The notes under the pieces are model-generated. The model ran no database searches, was not told where the DNA came from, and saw nothing but the letters and a program-made list of their open reading frames with translations. The position numbers were made by a program, and so were the translations under genes. A stretch of DNA of 63,738 nucleotides, counting the filler. It is 5 parts of 5 records of this genome, joined end to end, with 100 filler letters (N's around TTAATTAATTAA, not from the genome) between each part and the next. Parts side by side here need not be neighbours in the genome. Positions count along the whole stretch, not along the records: positions 58,207 to 63,738 come from SRR2962707_4750; 4 more parts are not named here. The stretch is one strand, 5' to 3'. Below, in pieces: positions 61,301 to 63,738 of the stretch (positions within the stretch are counted from its first letter, which is position 1; every line of letters begins with the position of its first letter).

Positions 61301-62555
61301 ACCCAATGACAGGGAGGCCGCGTGCGAAGCATCTGCGAGCCGTGAAGAAATTGCCGCACAAGTTGCTCAACAGGTAGCAGCAGATCAAGCTGCAGCCGTG
61401 GACGCTGCACGCAAGGAGGCAGAAGCCGCAGCCGCAGCAGCCGCACAAGCTGCCGAAGCGCCAGATGACAAAGCCGACTTTGGCAAAACCGGGAGCCACG
61501 ATGGTGACGACGCAGTCATCGACGACGGCGAGCTGGCAAATGATGGCCCTTTGATGGATGACGATGAAGATGAGGTCGCAAGTATTGACTTTGACGAAGA
61601 CAATTTCAGCGACTCGTTGGACGAGTTTGTGGAGTCCAGCCCGGTTCACAGCCCCAAGTTTGCGCCCGCACTCGAAAAGGAAGTCAACAACATAGCCGAT
61701 GGGATGGATGGTGAACAAACAGACCAGCAACGAGAACAACACGATGAGAGCGCTGGCGAACAGGACGATCAAGAACTGCACCCCGAGAAGGCTGAAGAGT
61801 CGAATGCTGCTGCTTCAGCAGTAAGCGATGAGCCTCAACCGTTCAACAGTGACGACGCTAGTGACGATGCGAGTGCTGCTAGTGACAGCGATGGTCGCGG
61901 CGATGGCGACATTCCACAAGAGAAGGTAATGCTCGGCCAGACCATGCGGCCCACTGGAGGTGAGGATGGATCCCCAACAACTCCAGATTTGGACATGGGC
62001 AGTTTCGACGATGCTTCCTCGTTCAGCGACTTCGACGACAGCGACAATGAAGATTCCCCAGAGCAAGCACAGCCGGCACCAGCAGTTGAAGAAGCTTCCA
62101 CGACAGGGAATGCTCCACAAAGTGAGGAGAATGCCGAGGACGTCAGCAGCAAAGTAGGCGCTGAAATGGATGATGGGGACCAGCCAACCAGTGATCCGAG
62201 CGGGTCGCCCGCGTCTGAAATCACGACAGGTGAAACCGCAGTGCAAGCAATCGAGGAAGACGTCAGTGCTGGTAAGCATACCGCTGAGGGTGATGGCCCA
62301 GCGGATGGCAGTACGGCCACAGGTGCTGCACCGGTGGACGCTGCGGCGGCAGATGACGGCGATGAATCGTACAGCGATGTTGCAGAATCTGCTGACTTTT
62401 CCAGCGTCGCGTCAGCCATTGAGTCAGAAATCGAGGATGAGGTCGACGACCATCCTGATGCTAAAACGGCTGGCGATGGCGCTGGAGGACGCGTTGGTGG
62501 TGGGGCTGATGATAGTTATGGGAGTGATTTTGACGACAGTGATTTTGATGATTAA
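58359..62555 (+). CDS. eukaryotic acidic, intrinsically disordered protein with repeated SSFSDFDGSASF motifs (5' end uncertain)
   Basis: 4-kb open exon 58512-62555 after a TTTGCAG acceptor; probable in-phase 36-nt exon 58359-58394 (GCAG...GTGAGT); rich in D/E/A/S. Confidence 0.8.
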
Positions 62556-62689
62556 CAGGAGTAAACGAGTCTATTTCGGTAAACAACGTGCAATATCGAG
62601 GCATTCTTTTGTTGGCAACTTTTTGATTGGCGAGGCTCGGCGGTGGCCATGAACGATCGAGTGTCTTTGCCTGATGGCTAGCAAAGCCA

Positions 62690-63738
62690 TTACTTGGCAC
62701 CGGCCTGTGTGTCAGCACGGTCAACATACAACGACGGGATTTTGTCGCCGAAGTAGATTTTTGTGTTGTTTGCAAGAGACTGAATGCGGAGGAATTCGAG
62801 GTATGCGTCGCTGAGCAGCGCCGCGTTGGAGTCTGCTTCCTTGGTGGCCTGCACAAAGAAATGATCATCACGCACGCAGCACGCACACACGTCCGCACGC
62901 ACGTTGCTCAGCACACGAAGGAAATACCGCCGACTTTGCACTGCCTGCACACTGGCTGCGTGCCACAGTAGTTGGAAAAGAGGCGCACATCTCGCACCTG
63001 GTAAAACTGGGCATCCGCGTTGGCTTTCTCACGGTTGATGTGGATCGTGTCTGTGATGGACGAGATTTGCTGATCCGCCTGCTTCTCCAGAATCATGCGC
63101 TCCATGGTGATCTTGCTCACGTCCGCGCGCATCTGCGCCTCGATCGTGGATCGCTTGCGCTCGGTCTCCGCCTCCTTCTCCACGACTTTCTGCACCTGCT
63201 CAGCAATGAGGAGCTTCGTCTTCTCGGCCTCCATCGCCTCGTAATTGCGGCGGATCTGCTCCGGAATGCGCGGCTTCGTCACGCGCACCGCGATGATCTC
63301 GATCCCCGGCGCCCACAGAGACGCGTCGCGCTGCAGCGCCGACGCGAGGCTCTCGTCGAGCGTGTCGAACAGGTCGATGTACACTTCCTGCAGCGTGTGC
63401 GACGAGCAGAACTGGTTGATCTCGTGGTGGATCTTGTCGAAGATCCAGGTCTTGTCGTAGTGCACCGTGTAGTTCTTGATGGTGTCGTGCACCATGCCCC
63501 CCGCCAGGCGGTTGACCACCTCCACTTTGTCGAAGTGGATGAGCACGCCCCCGCTGGTGCCGCACGGGATCTGGGTGACTGCGTCGGTCTGCACGGAGAT
63601 CTGGATCTCGGCCATGAAGGTGACGAAGGGGAGTTTTAGGTGGAAGCCGGGGGCAGTGACGGTGTCCAGCAACGCGCCGCCACGCCAGTAGACGCCCACG
63701 TAGCCCTCGCTCACCGTGTGCACGCAGAACAGCGTCGA
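62690..63738 (-). CDS. erlin (SPFH/band-7 family ER protein), 5'-truncated, one intron at 62849-62997
   Basis: [54 protein letters not shown]; last exon [12 protein letters not shown] joins in phase. Confidence 0.93.

Overview
This window is not one genomic locus. It is five unrelated contigs joined by artificial 100-nt spacers (N44-TTAATTAATTAA-N44) at 18647-18746, 27172-27271, 33541-33640 and 58107-58206, which looks like a mixed protist plus bacteria assembly. (1) 1-18646: alphaproteobacterial (Rhodobacteraceae-like) catabolic island with GntR, hydantoinase/oxoprolinase A and B, a peptide-type ABC transporter, SDR, creatininase-family enzyme, TRAP transporter, RraA-like protein, LysR and GhrA. 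It is flanked by a deleted ggt pseudogene and a decayed IS3 remnant. (2) 18747-27171: Hyphomicrobiales-type Tad/Cpa pilus locus with CtrA-like boxes, two Flp pilins and no cpaD. (3) 27272-33540: eukaryotic, intron-rich contig. It holds a 7-exon gene that splices cleanly into Ubl-Ubl plus a Parkin RING0-like zinc domain with no RBR module (the most interesting observation), and a convergent membrane/coiled-coil gene. (4) 33641-58106: Rhizobiaceae/Phyllobacteriaceae-type flagellar and chemotaxis cluster (fliP to cheA, visNR) with a shared class-II promoter motif. (5) 58207-63738: eukaryotic contig with a ~1350-aa acidic disordered protein carrying regularly spaced SSFSDFDGSASF motifs, convergent with an erlin gene. 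All assignments come from reading the sequence by eye; no searches were run.
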